Origin: Thermoplasmatales archaeon | GTDB lineage: Archaea; Thermoplasmatota; Thermoplasmata; Methanomassiliicoccales; Methanomethylophilaceae | Assembly: GCA_012515075.1 (NCBI GenBank) | Contig: JAAYZC010000002.1 | Coordinates: 70,048 to 134,047, forward strand | DNA: 64,000 nucleotides | Reading direction: 5' to 3' | Shown here: positions 1 to 9,603 of the stretch, piece after piece | Layout of the letters: every line of letters begins with the position of its first letter | Numbering within the stretch: position 1 is the stretch's first letter | Program-made: the position numbers and the translations under genes | The notes under the pieces: generated by a model | Seen by the model: the letters and a program-made list of their open reading frames with translations, nothing else | Databases searched by the model: none | Told to the model about the DNA's origin: nothing

Positions 1-9
1 GTCTCCACA

Positions 10-1173
10 ATGGTGGAGATGATCGGCATACCTGCACTCGCACCGATCAACGGAGGCGAGGGGGAGGGAAAGCGCGCCGACATGCTCATGAGGAATCTGC
101 AGGGTTACGACAGCGTCATACGGGTCGACGTCCCGGACGTCACGGATCCTTCCGTGATGCGGCCCAACATACTGGCCAGCAAGAAAGGGAAGGAGAGGGG
201 CACCGTTTGGATCGTAGCGCACACGGACACGGTGCCCGCGGGAGATCCCGAAGACTGGGACACGCCGCCCTACGAGGGGCACGTCAGGGACGGTAGGATC
301 TACGGGAGGGGCACCGAGGACAACGGGCAGGCCGTCATATCTTCCATGTTCGCGTCCAAATTCATACCGGCGGGGACCCTGACCAAGAGGAGCCTGGGCA
401 TAGCATACGTCGCAGACGAGGAGACGACCAGCCTTATGGGCATCTCACATCTCATAGATCACGGATACTTCGATCTTGAGAACGATGTGGTCATAGTCCC
501 CGACTGGGGCGTCCCCGGCGGGACGCTGATGGATGTGGCCGAGAAACACCTCCTGTGGGTCAAAGTGGCCGTCAGGGGCAAGACCACTCACGCCTCCACA
601 CCCCATAAGGGACTCAACGCCTTCCGCGTCAGCTCCGCTCTCGTAAAGGACCTGCTGGACAGGCTGGAGTACTACTATGATGATGAGGACCCCCTCTTCG
701 AGCCCCCGATGACCACCTTCGAACCCACCAGGAGCCCCTCCACCGTGGAGAACGTCAACACGATCCCGGGGTACGCGGAGTTTTCTCTGGATATAAGGCT
801 GATACCCCGGCACGACCCCGACGAGGTGTTCGAGTTCATACGGTCCGTGGCAACGGAGCACGCGGAGAGCACGGGCGCTTCCATCGAGGTCACAAAGATA
901 CAGCGGACCTATGCGGGAAAGCCCTCTTCGACCGACACCCCGGAGTTCAGGGCGATAGCGGAATCCATACAGTCCGTCATAGGCGGGGAGCTGAGGGCCG
1001 TGGGCGTGGGCGGAAACACCTGCGCCAACTTCTTCAGGATGGCTGGGATGGACGCATACGTCTGGGAGTGCGGGGGCGGTACCCTCCACGCACCCAATGA
1101 GTACGCGGAGGTGGACAACATAATAACGGATGCCAAAGCCTTCGCAACAGTCTTCCACAGACTCTGCGTCTGA
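10..1173 (+). CDS. M20 family metallo-hydrolase (ArgE/DapE-like); may begin upstream of the window
   Basis: Motifs HTDTVP, YGRGTEDN, DEE, HAS, NVNTIPG and C-terminal HAPNE. The frame is open to the window edge. Confidence 0.85.
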   Translation: MVEMIGIPALAPINGGEGEGKRADMLMRNLQGYDSVIRVDVPDVTDPSVMRPNILASKKGKERGTVWIVAHTDTVPAGDPEDWDTPPYEGHVRDGRIYGRGTEDNGQAVISSMFASKFIPAGTLTKRSLGIAYVADEETTSLMGISHLIDHGYFDLENDVVIVPDWGVPGGTLMDVAEKHLLWVKVAVRGKTTHASTPHKGLNAFRVSSALVKDLLDRLEYYYDDEDPLFEPPMTTFEPTRSPSTVENVNTIPGYAEFSLDIRLIPRHDPDEVFEFIRSVATEHAESTGASIEVTKIQRTYAGKPSSTDTPEFRAIAESIQSVIGGELRAVGVGGNTCANFFRMAGMDAYVWECGGGTLHAPNEYAEVDNIITDAKAFATVFHRLCV

Positions 1174-2232
1174 TCATTCCTCGAAAAGGCGGTTGAGCAT
1201 CCACTCGGCATCGAATTTTATGATGTCCCCGTAGTCCTGTCCGTTGCAAACGAAAGCGATGGGCTTCCCGATTGTATGGGCGATCGACAGCGCGGCGCCG
1301 CCCTTCGCATCCGTGTCTATCTTCGTGAGGATTATCGCGTCTATGCCCACGGCGGAATCGAAGGCCCTGGCTTGTTCGACCGCGTCGTTGCCGGCCAGGG
1401 AGTCTCCAACGAAGATCTTGAGTCCGGGCTTGGCGACCCGGACGATTTTCTTCATCTCTTCCATCAGGTTGTTGTTGGTCTGCATGCGCCCGGCCGTATC
1501 GACGAGGACGACGTCCCTCATCTTAGCTTTGGCGTGCTCCACGGCATCGTAGGCGACGGCGGCGGGGTCCGCGTCCTGGGAGTGCTTCACAATCTTGCAG
1601 CCTATCCTGTCCGCGTGTATAGTGAGCTGTTCTATCGCCCCGGCTCTGAATGTGTCGCATCCGGCCATGACGACCGACAGCCCCGCCTTCTGAAGACGGT
1701 CGGCTATCTTGGCGATGGCGGTGGTCTTCCCTGTGCCGTTTATGCCCATGAACATGACCACGGCGGGTCTCTTCTGGGAATCAATCCAGGCATCGAAATC
1801 GAATTCGTTGAGTCTCAGGACGTCCCCGACGGCATCCTTGACAGAGATCTCGACGACCTCTTCCATTGTGTAGTTGCGGCTGTACTTCCTGCCGTAAAGG
1901 TTGTCCCGGACGCCCTTGGTTATCTCTTCCGCAACAGGGTAGGCCACATCGGCCTCCAGGAGGACAATCTCCAACTCGCCGAGGATCTCGTCCAGGGCGG
2001 TGCTGTTGATCTTCCTGCCGGAATCCCCGACGACCTGGGAGGGGCGCCCTTGGGATTTCTCCTGTTTGACCTGCTTCAGCCTCTCCTTTCTCGAGAGCTC
2101 GGGCTGAGCCCCCGGAACGGTCTCGGCCGCGGGGCTCTCGGGAGCCGCCCCCTCGTAGACCTTCTCGGGGTCCAGTGCCTCGGGGGCTTTCTTGAAAAGG
2201 CCCTTCAGCTTGCTCTTGAGGGAGTCGAACAT
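1174..2232 (-). CDS. ftsY: SRP receptor FtsY
   Basis: GINGTGKTT, DTFRAGA, DTAGR, TKIDTDAKGG; downstream of pfdA. Confidence 0.97.
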   Translation of the reverse strand: MFDSLKSKLKGLFKKAPEALDPEKVYEGAAPESPAAETVPGAQPELSRKERLKQVKQEKSQGRPSQVVGDSGRKINSTALDEILGELEIVLLEADVAYPVAEEITKGVRDNLYGRKYSRNYTMEEVVEISVKDAVGDVLRLNEFDFDAWIDSQKRPAVVMFMGINGTGKTTAIAKIADRLQKAGLSVVMAGCDTFRAGAIEQLTIHADRIGCKIVKHSQDADPAAVAYDAVEHAKAKMRDVVLVDTAGRMQTNNNLMEEMKKIVRVAKPGLKIFVGDSLAGNDAVEQARAFDSAVGIDAIILTKIDTDAKGGAALSIAHTIGKPIAFVCNGQDYGDIIKFDAEWMLNRLFEE

Positions 2233-2239
2233 GCCACCC

Positions 2240-2656
2240 TCACTGCTGCCTTCTCTGGTACTCGCTCTGTATGGCCGCCTGCAGGTTCCCTGCCGCCAGC
2301 TCCATCTCGTTGAGGGCGGAGGAGGATTTCTTCAGAGCCTCTGAAAGCTCGGACAGGGCGGCATCCATCTGGGCCGCCGCCTCGGTTATGTCCTTCTCTA
2401 CGGAGAGTCTGTTGCCTATGCCCACGACGGCCGTCCTCTTCCCGGTAACCTTTGCGTTGACGAACGACGATGCGCCTATCGGCACCAGTATCTCGTCGCC
2501 CTCCGCCGCAGCCTCGAAAGCATTGAGCGTCATACGTGCGCCCATCGTCTCCTCGTAGGTCGCCTGCAGCAGGCGGGCCTGGCGGGTCAGAGCCTCAAGC
2601 TGGGACCTGTAGGAATCGAGGATCGTCAGCGCCTGACGGAGCTCGTCGTCGTTCAT
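2240..2656 (-). CDS. pfdA: Prefoldin alpha subunit
   Basis: Coiled coils flanking EILVPIG...VVGIG; conserved rpl18a-pfdA-ftsY order. ATG at 2656 preferred over GTG at 2665. Confidence 0.93.
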   Translation of the reverse strand: MNDDELRQALTILDSYRSQLEALTRQARLLQATYEETMGARMTLNAFEAAAEGDEILVPIGASSFVNAKVTGKRTAVVGIGNRLSVEKDITEAAAQMDAALSELSEALKKSSSALNEMELAAGNLQAAIQSEYQRRQQ

Positions 2657-2661
2657 GGTCC

Positions 2662-2889
2662 TCACGCACCGATCTGGTACTTCACGGTGTGGTCCACTAC
2701 CTTATCCGCGGGGACCTCGGATATGTCGTCTATGGATATCTGGTCCCTTCTGAGCTTGTGCCTGCTGCCAAGCGTGGAGAGGGCCTTCTCCCTCACAGCC
2801 GCCTCGTCCTCTGCGGCCAGCTCGATCGAGAAGGGCTGGTTTTTTACCCTGGGGTCTGCGAATGTGCCCGTTATACGAAAAGCCTTCAT
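2662..2889 (-). CDS. rpl18a: 50S ribosomal protein L18Ae/LX
   Basis: MKAFRITG...EKALSTLGSRHKLRRDQI signature; operon context. Confidence 0.95.
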   Translation of the reverse strand: MKAFRITGTFADPRVKNQPFSIELAAEDEAAVREKALSTLGSRHKLRRDQISIDDISEVPADKVVDHTVKYQIGA

Positions 2890-2948
2890 AGTGATTACCT
2901 AGTTCGGGCAACTATATTTACGAAATAAAGCTTTTGGTATAAAGCACA

Positions 2949-3782
2949 ATGGAGGACACCGAGAAACTCATCCTATCGTGCGTTCCGGGCAGCAGCTTCC
3001 CGGCCGTATCCGTCACGGGGGCCCGCTGTGAGCAGATGTGCGAGCACTGCCGGGCCGTGCACCTGCGCGGAATGAGGGAAGCGTGCACGTCGGAGGCGCT
3101 CATATCCATCGCGGAGAGAACGATCGCTTCGGGAGGATCGGGCATGCTGATAAGCGGGGGCTGCGACCGCACAGGCAGGGTCCCCCTGCTCCACCTGCGC
3201 GATGCCATCTCGCAGATATCCTCCATGGGTCTGGAAATAAACATCCACGCCGGATTCATAGGGCCCTCGGAGGCGCGCGAGCTCGTGTCGGCCGGGGTCA
3301 GGCGGTTCTCCGTCGACATACACCAGGACCCCGCGGTCATAAAGGGCGTCCTGCATCTTGACAGACCCCCGTCGGATTACGGGGACCTGTTGGATGCGGT
3401 CATCACCGCCGGGGGGGTCCCGGTCCCTCATCTGACCGCGGGCCTCGGGGGAAAGGACATTGCGGCCTCCGCGGATCTGCTGCTGTCCAGAGGTCTGAGG
3501 CGGGCGGTGCTCCTGGGTCTCGTCCCCTCGCACGCAGGGTCCCCGATGCCGGGGGCATCCACGGAGACCGTGGTCTCGGCCGTGGACATTTTGTCAGGCA
3601 GGGGGTTGGAAGTCACTCTGGGATGCATGCGCGACAGGTCCTGCAGGGACATGGAGGCGGAGTGCATAAGGCACGGGGTGATGCGGATAGCGAACCCGTC
3701 CCGCGAGACCCAGGAATGGGTCAAGGCCAACGGGTACTCCGTCAAGGAGGATCGCCGCTGCTGCTGCATGTCCTCAGAATAA
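2949..3782 (+). CDS. Radical SAM protein (uncharacterised, biotin-synthase-like archaeal family)
   Basis: CxxxCxxC (CEQMCEHC), LISGG, INIHAG, LGCMR, C-terminal CCC. Confidence 0.8.
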   Translation: MEDTEKLILSCVPGSSFPAVSVTGARCEQMCEHCRAVHLRGMREACTSEALISIAERTIASGGSGMLISGGCDRTGRVPLLHLRDAISQISSMGLEINIHAGFIGPSEARELVSAGVRRFSVDIHQDPAVIKGVLHLDRPPSDYGDLLDAVITAGGVPVPHLTAGLGGKDIAASADLLLSRGLRRAVLLGLVPSHAGSPMPGASTETVVSAVDILSGRGLEVTLGCMRDRSCRDMEAECIRHGVMRIANPSRETQEWVKANGYSVKEDRRCCCMSSE

Positions 3783-4988
3783 AGGGTCCCTGCGCTCGCT
3801 GGCGTATCCGTAGTCCGCGACCTTCCTTCCGACCAGGAAGACCGCGGCATATTCAGGGACCTCGGTCTCCCCTTTGGCCTTTATACGCTCCCCCCTCATC
3901 GAGAACTCGTAGTCGCGTCTCATGGTCACCTTCACCGGGTCGTCCGTGTATATTTCCGGGACGGCATCCTCGAGAGGCTTGAAGTCCGAGAGCTGCTCCC
4001 GGGTTATCGGTGTCACCCGAAGGCCGCTCTTACCGTGGACGGAGCCCGGAAGACGTATCAGCCTCTTTATGTCCGCCGTCACCGGTTCGTCGACCTCGCC
4101 GGACAGACGGCAGGCCACATCCTCCTTCATCGTCCTGACCAGCAGTTCCTGGGTCCCCTTGGGCAGTGATGCCATGGTGTTCTTCTCGAACATGATCCTG
4201 CGGGACCTCCTTACATCCTCCTGTGCCTTGTCCAGGGCCCTGCCCTTCATGGAAGGGTATGCCGCGCGGAGGTACTTGGGGTCCTGGTCGCAGACATCGT
4301 CCACCAGCTCCATCAACCCCCTTCTCATCCTGAGCCTCCAGCCCCCGGTATCGGCAGGCGGGATCAGCCTGTCCTTGGCAACGTTGGTGCGCACATTCCC
4401 GTTGACCACGATCTGCGAGGTGGCGACCTTGCTGTACGGGAACACCCAGTCTATGTTAAGTCCGGAGGCAGTTACGTAGTCTACGATCTCCCTGCGCTCG
4501 TGGGGACCGAGGGTCAACACGTTCTCCTCGGGCACGTGGGCATGGTAGCCCCTGCCCCCCGAGAAGGTCAGATGGACCTGGTCCTCGGAGAACCCCAGGT
4601 CCCCCAGCAGGAACGAGTCCACGAGCTTGGCCATCTCCTCGCGTATGCGTTCGAGCATTTCCTCATAGGACATTTCCGCCGCGCCCTCCAGATGATCCGC
4701 GTCCAGGTCGAATATCAGTTCGGCCCCCAGCCATTCCTTCTCCTCCATGGTGGGGGCCCCCGGCTTTCTGTAGTACGCTGTGGAGTAGTAGCTGTGGGAA
4801 GGCACTTTGGCGACCATGAAGCGGTTCAGTTCCTCGGGCCGGCTGAACGCCATGTGACGTTGCACGAAGGTCTTGTCGAAGAACATGAAACCGAACTCCC
4901 TCCGGGTGAAGCGCTCCGGCATAATCGGACGGTTCTCCTTGTAGTACCTCCTGAACACCTTGAGAAGGAAACGGGAATTGGGGTCCAT
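3774..4988 (-). CDS. priS: DNA primase catalytic subunit PriS
   Basis: REFGF, ELIFDLDAD, SGGRGYH, DEPVTADIKRLIRLPGS. Confidence 0.96.
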   Translation of the reverse strand: MDPNSRFLLKVFRRYYKENRPIMPERFTRREFGFMFFDKTFVQRHMAFSRPEELNRFMVAKVPSHSYYSTAYYRKPGAPTMEEKEWLGAELIFDLDADHLEGAAEMSYEEMLERIREEMAKLVDSFLLGDLGFSEDQVHLTFSGGRGYHAHVPEENVLTLGPHERREIVDYVTASGLNIDWVFPYSKVATSQIVVNGNVRTNVAKDRLIPPADTGGWRLRMRRGLMELVDDVCDQDPKYLRAAYPSMKGRALDKAQEDVRRSRRIMFEKNTMASLPKGTQELLVRTMKEDVACRLSGEVDEPVTADIKRLIRLPGSVHGKSGLRVTPITREQLSDFKPLEDAVPEIYTDDPVKVTMRRDYEFSMRGERIKAKGETEVPEYAAVFLVGRKVADYGYASERRDPLF

Positions 4989-5043
4989 GTCACGGAAACA
5001 ACGCCGGGCAACGTATAATTATATTGTCGGCAGTGGTCCTCTC

Positions 5044-5880
5044 ATGGCGGAGAAGGTCCCGATCTACGACAACCACATACATATGAGCCCGTCAGGACGC
5101 AATGTGGACGCCCTGCTGGAGTTCCAGAAGGCAGGAGGGACCGGACTCACCCTTGTGACACTGCCCCACCCGGAGGTCCCGATAGCCTGCGGCGGGGACT
5201 TCATGGAATCCTACGGCATAACCCTGGACCTGGCCGCCCGGGCCAGGGAGAGGACGGACCTGGAGATCAACATAGCCGTCGGTCCCTATCCGGTCCTCAT
5301 AGTCCAGCTGGCCGCCGCATACGGTCTGGAGGCGGCGGTGTCGATGATGATGAAGGGGATGGAGGACGCCGCATCCCTGGTGGACAGCGGTCAGGCGCAG
5401 GCCATCGGGGAGGTGGGCCGCCCCCATTTCGAGACCTCCCCCGAAATCGCGGAGGCCTCCGACCGCATACTTCTGAGGGGCATGGAGCTGGCCCGGGAGA
5501 ACGGCTGCCCGGTGATAGTGCACTGCGAGAACTCGGAAGGGACGAATGAGAGCCTGGCACGCATCGCCGGGAAGGCGGGCCTGGACCCCGGAAGGGTAAT
5601 AAAGCATTCCTCGCCCCCCCTGATTCTGCCGGAGGAGAACTTCGGCGTAATGCCCTCCATACCCGCATCCAAGGTCTACATCTCAGAGGCACTGTCGAAG
5701 GGGAGCAGGTTCATGCTGGAGACGGACTACATAGACGACCCCTCGAAGCCCGGGGCGGTGATGTCCGTGAACACGGTGCCCAAGAAGATCAAGGGGATGC
5801 TGGCATCCGGGGCCGTGGATCCGGAGACAGTCTTCCGCATATGCGGGGAGATACCGGATTCTATGTACGGGCGTAGGTAA
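5044..5880 (+). CDS. TatD-family metal-dependent hydrolase
   Basis: DNHIH, IGEVGRPH, VHCE, KH, LETDY. ATG at 5044 follows a TATA-like box. Confidence 0.85.
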   Translation: MAEKVPIYDNHIHMSPSGRNVDALLEFQKAGGTGLTLVTLPHPEVPIACGGDFMESYGITLDLAARARERTDLEINIAVGPYPVLIVQLAAAYGLEAAVSMMMKGMEDAASLVDSGQAQAIGEVGRPHFETSPEIAEASDRILLRGMELARENGCPVIVHCENSEGTNESLARIAGKAGLDPGRVIKHSSPPLILPEENFGVMPSIPASKVYISEALSKGSRFMLETDYIDDPSKPGAVMSVNTVPKKIKGMLASGAVDPETVFRICGEIPDSMYGRR

Positions 5881-5923
5881 CCTATTTTAGGTGACAGCGG
5901 TTTAGAGTGCCGAGTGACTCTAC

Positions 5924-6694
5924 ATGCAGGCGAAGGTCCTTTCCGTATACGATGAAGGCGCGACAGAGGATACCCAGCTCATAGGCGCAAAGGGGCTGTC
6001 CGTATTGCTGGAGGTCGATGGTCAGAGGACCCTTTTCGACACCGGCCTGCGTGGCCGTTACCTGCTGAACAACATGGAGCAGCTGGACATCGACCCCGCC
6101 TCGTTGGACCGGGTGGTCCTCTCCCATGGACACAGGGACCACACCGGAGGCCTCAATGCGCTCCTCTCGGCCAGGGATGAACCGTTGGACGTGTTCCTCC
6201 CCCAGGGATGCCTCAGGGCGGCGGGCGGAAGGCTGTCGGGCCTGCTGGACCGCGGGATGCCGAGGATAGCCGAGAGGAACCTTGCCAAATCGAGGGTCAG
6301 GGAGGTCTCGGAATGGATCGGCCTTAGCGAAAGCCTGTCGCTGTCTTCTCCCGTCCCGGGGGACGTCACGGAGATGGTGATGGTTCTCCGTTCCGCGCAG
6401 GGCCCGGTGGTTATCTGCGGCTGCTGCCACGCCGGGGTCGAGGTCGTGCTCTCGCACGTCAAAGCGCATTCGGGGTCCAACCCCCGCGCCCTTATAGGGG
6501 GCACGCACCTCCGCAAGGCCGGTAAGGAGCGCGTTGCCGAGCTGTCCGGGGCGTTGGACCGTGAGTTCGGCTCTCCCGCTCTCTATGTCAACCACTGCAC
6601 GGGTATGGGCGGAATAATGAAGCTGAGAACGAACCTGGGCCTTTCGGCGGTCCGGGACTTCTATGCGGGCACCGGTCTGGAGTTCGAGGTCTGA
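5924..6694 (+). CDS. Metallo-beta-lactamase fold hydrolase (COG1237-like)
   Basis: LFDTG, LSHGHRDHTGG, GCCHAG, IGGTH, HCTG. Confidence 0.85.
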   Translation: MQAKVLSVYDEGATEDTQLIGAKGLSVLLEVDGQRTLFDTGLRGRYLLNNMEQLDIDPASLDRVVLSHGHRDHTGGLNALLSARDEPLDVFLPQGCLRAAGGRLSGLLDRGMPRIAERNLAKSRVREVSEWIGLSESLSLSSPVPGDVTEMVMVLRSAQGPVVICGCCHAGVEVVLSHVKAHSGSNPRALIGGTHLRKAGKERVAELSGALDREFGSPALYVNHCTGMGGIMKLRTNLGLSAVRDFYAGTGLEFEV

Positions 6695-6721
6695 GGACGG
6701 AATCTGTCAGGGGTTATCGAG

Positions 6722-7624
6722 ATGCTATGGCGTGTAAGGACGGCGGCGATGTTCATAGCGATGTCGCTGATATTGCTGGTCATCGGGACTGTTGTAGGAT
6801 GGTTCTTCAACAGCATGTGGTACGGTCTGCTGATAATGCTTGCCCTGTCCGTGCTGATGATGGTCTACTCGTACTTCTTCTCGAAGTCATCGGCACTCCG
6901 GGCGAACCGTGTAAGGCTGGTCACCCAGGCCGAGGAGCCCCGCCTCTGGAAGATCGTGGCCTCCGTCGCCGAGAAGGCGGGATGCCCCATGCCGGAGGTG
7001 GGGGTGACAGAGGACGCCTTCCCCAATGCCTTCGCAACCGGGCGCAGCCCCAAGGATGCGGCGGTGGTAGCCACAAGAGGGCTCCTCAGGATGCTCCCGG
7101 ACGACGAGCTGGAGGGGGTCATAGCCCACGAGATGTCCCATGTCCGGAACAGGGACATACTGGTGATGTCGGTGGCGGCCACGATGGCCGCGGTCATATC
7201 ATACCTCGCCAGAATGGCCACCTGGATGGCGCTGTTCTCCGGCGGGGGCGACAACAGGAACAACGGGGCCATACTGGTTCTGGCGATAATACTGGACGTG
7301 ACGCTGCCCATCGCGGCGATACTGGTCCAGCTGGGGGTATCCAGGAGCCGGGAGTACCTGGCGGACGAGACCGGAGCCAGGATAACGGGCAACCCGCGTG
7401 CGCTCGCCAGGGCGCTGGCCCGCATAGAGGGGGGCCCCGATGCCGACTACGACCAGCCGACCTACGCTCCGCTCTGGATCAAGAACCCGGACAGCAAGAA
7501 GCAGTCGCTCACCAGCAGGCTTTTCAGGACCCACCCGCCGACCGAGGACCGCATAGCGCGGCTCAACAGGATGGCGGATGAGATGGAAGGCGGCCGCACC
7601 AGCGGCTACCCGGTATGGGAATGA
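6722..7624 (+). CDS. htpX: Zinc metalloprotease HtpX (M48)
   Basis: PNAFATG, HEMSH, SRSREYLAD, THPP; N-terminal transmembrane helices. Confidence 0.95.
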   Translation: MLWRVRTAAMFIAMSLILLVIGTVVGWFFNSMWYGLLIMLALSVLMMVYSYFFSKSSALRANRVRLVTQAEEPRLWKIVASVAEKAGCPMPEVGVTEDAFPNAFATGRSPKDAAVVATRGLLRMLPDDELEGVIAHEMSHVRNRDILVMSVAATMAAVISYLARMATWMALFSGGGDNRNNGAILVLAIILDVTLPIAAILVQLGVSRSREYLADETGARITGNPRALARALARIEGGPDADYDQPTYAPLWIKNPDSKKQSLTSRLFRTHPPTEDRIARLNRMADEMEGGRTSGYPVWE

Positions 7625-7628
7625 GCCC

Positions 7629-8918
7629 TTATCTCACAGGCTCCCATTTGGCCAGTTCGTTGACCTTGGACAGCGTGGAGCCCCGCATGATTTCCTCACG
7701 GGTGCGGTCCTCCCGCTCATGCACGTCCAGCGCGCGGTTGGCAACCTCCACCGCGTGCTCCTTGGGCACCACGACCAGACCCGATTCGTCGCCCATTATC
7801 CAGTCCCCTGTCCTGACGGGCTGTCCGCCGATTGTTATCTCTATGCCTATCCCGCCGTATCCCTTCGGCTCCCCGGCATTGGGCACCGCGGTCCTGGCGA
7901 AGGCGGGGAATCCCATCGCCCTTATGTCGTCTATGTCGCGTATGGCCCCGTCTATCACCACTCCGGTGCATCCCATGACCATCGCCGAGCATGTGGCAAG
8001 CTCGCCCCAGACCGCGACCGGGGCGCCGCCCACGTCTATGACTATGACATCCCCCTTCTTCGCGCGGTCTATGGCCTCGACGGGTTTCGCCCAGTCCCCG
8101 TTCGTCGTCTGAACGGTCAGGGCGCGGCCCACCATCCTGGTGCCGTCCCTTATGTATGGGCGCAGCCCGTGCACTATGCCCTGTTTGTGGTATGCGTCGG
8201 ATATGTTGCAGGTGGAGACCCTCGAGAAGGCCTCGAACAGCCCCTCCTCGGAGTACTTCTTGCCGAGGTCGGTGCTCTGTTTGACGCCCTGTATGGATTC
8301 CTTGACGGCCCTGGCCGCCCCCCGTATGTCCGCAGTCTTGAGTATCGCTCCTCCTACGATTATGTCCGTGGCGCCCGCCTCGGCGTACTGCCCCGCCGTA
8401 ACCGCGGTTATGCCCCCGGCGACGGCCACCGGGATGGAGGTCTCAGCAACAATCCTGCTGAGGAGCTCTGTGGGGGCGCCCTCGCCCTTCATCTGCTGAT
8501 CTATGCCCATATGAAGGCATATGTACCCCACGCCCAGCTTCTCCACCTGTTTGGAACGCTCCAGGCGGTCGCGGACATTGATCATGTCCACCATTATCTC
8601 GGCGCCGTACTTCCTCCCGGCCATAACGGCTTCCGATATGGTGGCGTCGTCGGCCAGGCCCAGGACCGTCACCACGTCGGCCCCGGCCTTGGCGGCAATC
8701 TCGACCTCGAAGGAGCCCACGTCCATGGTTTTCGTATCGGCGATTATCTTCCTACCCGGGAACTCCCTGCGGATCGTGCGGATCGCTTCTGCGCCCTCGC
8801 TCTTTATGAGCGGTGTGCCCACCTCTATCCAATCCGCTCCCCCGTCCACAGCCTCGCGGGCTATCTCGACGGCTCTGTTGAGTTGCATAAGGTCCAAGGC
8901 CACTTGAAGTACGGGCAT
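7629..8918 (-). CDS. hxlA: 3-hexulose-6-phosphate synthase fused to an RraA/HMG-aldolase domain
   Basis: N-terminal LQVALD, EVGTPLI, ADTKTMD; C-terminal ISDA, WGEL, DGAIRD, GDESG. ATG at 8918 lies about 25 nt after TTAATA. Confidence 0.88.
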   Translation of the reverse strand: MPVLQVALDLMQLNRAVEIAREAVDGGADWIEVGTPLIKSEGAEAIRTIRREFPGRKIIADTKTMDVGSFEVEIAAKAGADVVTVLGLADDATISEAVMAGRKYGAEIMVDMINVRDRLERSKQVEKLGVGYICLHMGIDQQMKGEGAPTELLSRIVAETSIPVAVAGGITAVTAGQYAEAGATDIIVGGAILKTADIRGAARAVKESIQGVKQSTDLGKKYSEEGLFEAFSRVSTCNISDAYHKQGIVHGLRPYIRDGTRMVGRALTVQTTNGDWAKPVEAIDRAKKGDVIVIDVGGAPVAVWGELATCSAMVMGCTGVVIDGAIRDIDDIRAMGFPAFARTAVPNAGEPKGYGGIGIEITIGGQPVRTGDWIMGDESGLVVVPKEHAVEVANRALDVHEREDRTREEIMRGSTLSKVNELAKWEPVR

Positions 8919-8986
8919 AAACGAGTGATTGCTGGGTGCGGTATTAACGTTTCCGAACGGCAATCGACGACATGGTAAGGAGGGTC

Positions 8987-9045
8987 GCCGCTCAGCTCGC
9001 CCGTCTATCATCAGCCGTCAGCTCATGAAGCATCATCATCGCGGC
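8987..9045 (-). ncRNA. Box C/D 2'-O-methylation guide sRNA (dual guide)
   Basis: Minus strand: GCCGC-G-ATGATGA(C)-TGCTTCATGAG-CTGA(D')-CGGC-TGATGA(C')-TAGACGGGCGAG-CTGA(D)-GCGGC. Canonical boxes, 11-12 nt guides, 5-bp terminal stem, upstream AAAGGTTTTAT promoter. Confidence 0.88.
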
Positions 9046-9135
9046 CATTCTCAATCAGGGGCATGGGATAAAACCTTTGGGTGGGACCTTCAAGAAAACG
9101 TTTAACCCCCTAGACGCATCTCGGCGGCGGTAAAG

Positions 9136-9603
9136 ATGCTCGATAAGAAGAATAAAAAGGTCAGCGTGCTCTTCGTCGACGGCGCCAACGATCTGCAGTC
9201 GCAGATCGCGGAGTACTTCCTTCGGGAGGCATACGGGGATAGATACGAGTCGTACAGCGCCGGCCCGCATAAGGATTTCATCGACTGCGACATGATATCC
9301 GTCATGTACCAGCACGGTTACGACATACGCAGGGCGGTTTCGAAGGACACCGGATCCAAGGACCTTCCCGAAGCATTCGACTACGTCGTCTTCCTCCAAA
9401 GGTCGACACACGAAGAGATAGGAGACAGGGTTCCCCCGGGAAGCAAGGTAATTCTGAAGGACTTCGGCAGTCGTTCGGATTTCAAGGCCACCGACGACAT
9501 GGAGCTGTTCCAATGCTACACGGACCTGATCGAGAGGATAAGGTCATGGGTCGCCGAGACGTTCGCCGACCCATCATCGCTGGACGATAAGGCATCGGCA
9601 TGA
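9136..9603 (+). CDS. ArsC/LMW-phosphatase fold protein lacking the catalytic Cys and Arg
   Basis: VLFVDGANDLQSQIAE replaces the usual LFVCxxNxCRSxxAE. SAG, FDYVV and the C-terminal helix are retained. Confidence 0.75.
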   Translation: MLDKKNKKVSVLFVDGANDLQSQIAEYFLREAYGDRYESYSAGPHKDFIDCDMISVMYQHGYDIRRAVSKDTGSKDLPEAFDYVVFLQRSTHEEIGDRVPPGSKVILKDFGSRSDFKATDDMELFQCYTDLIERIRSWVAETFADPSSLDDKASA

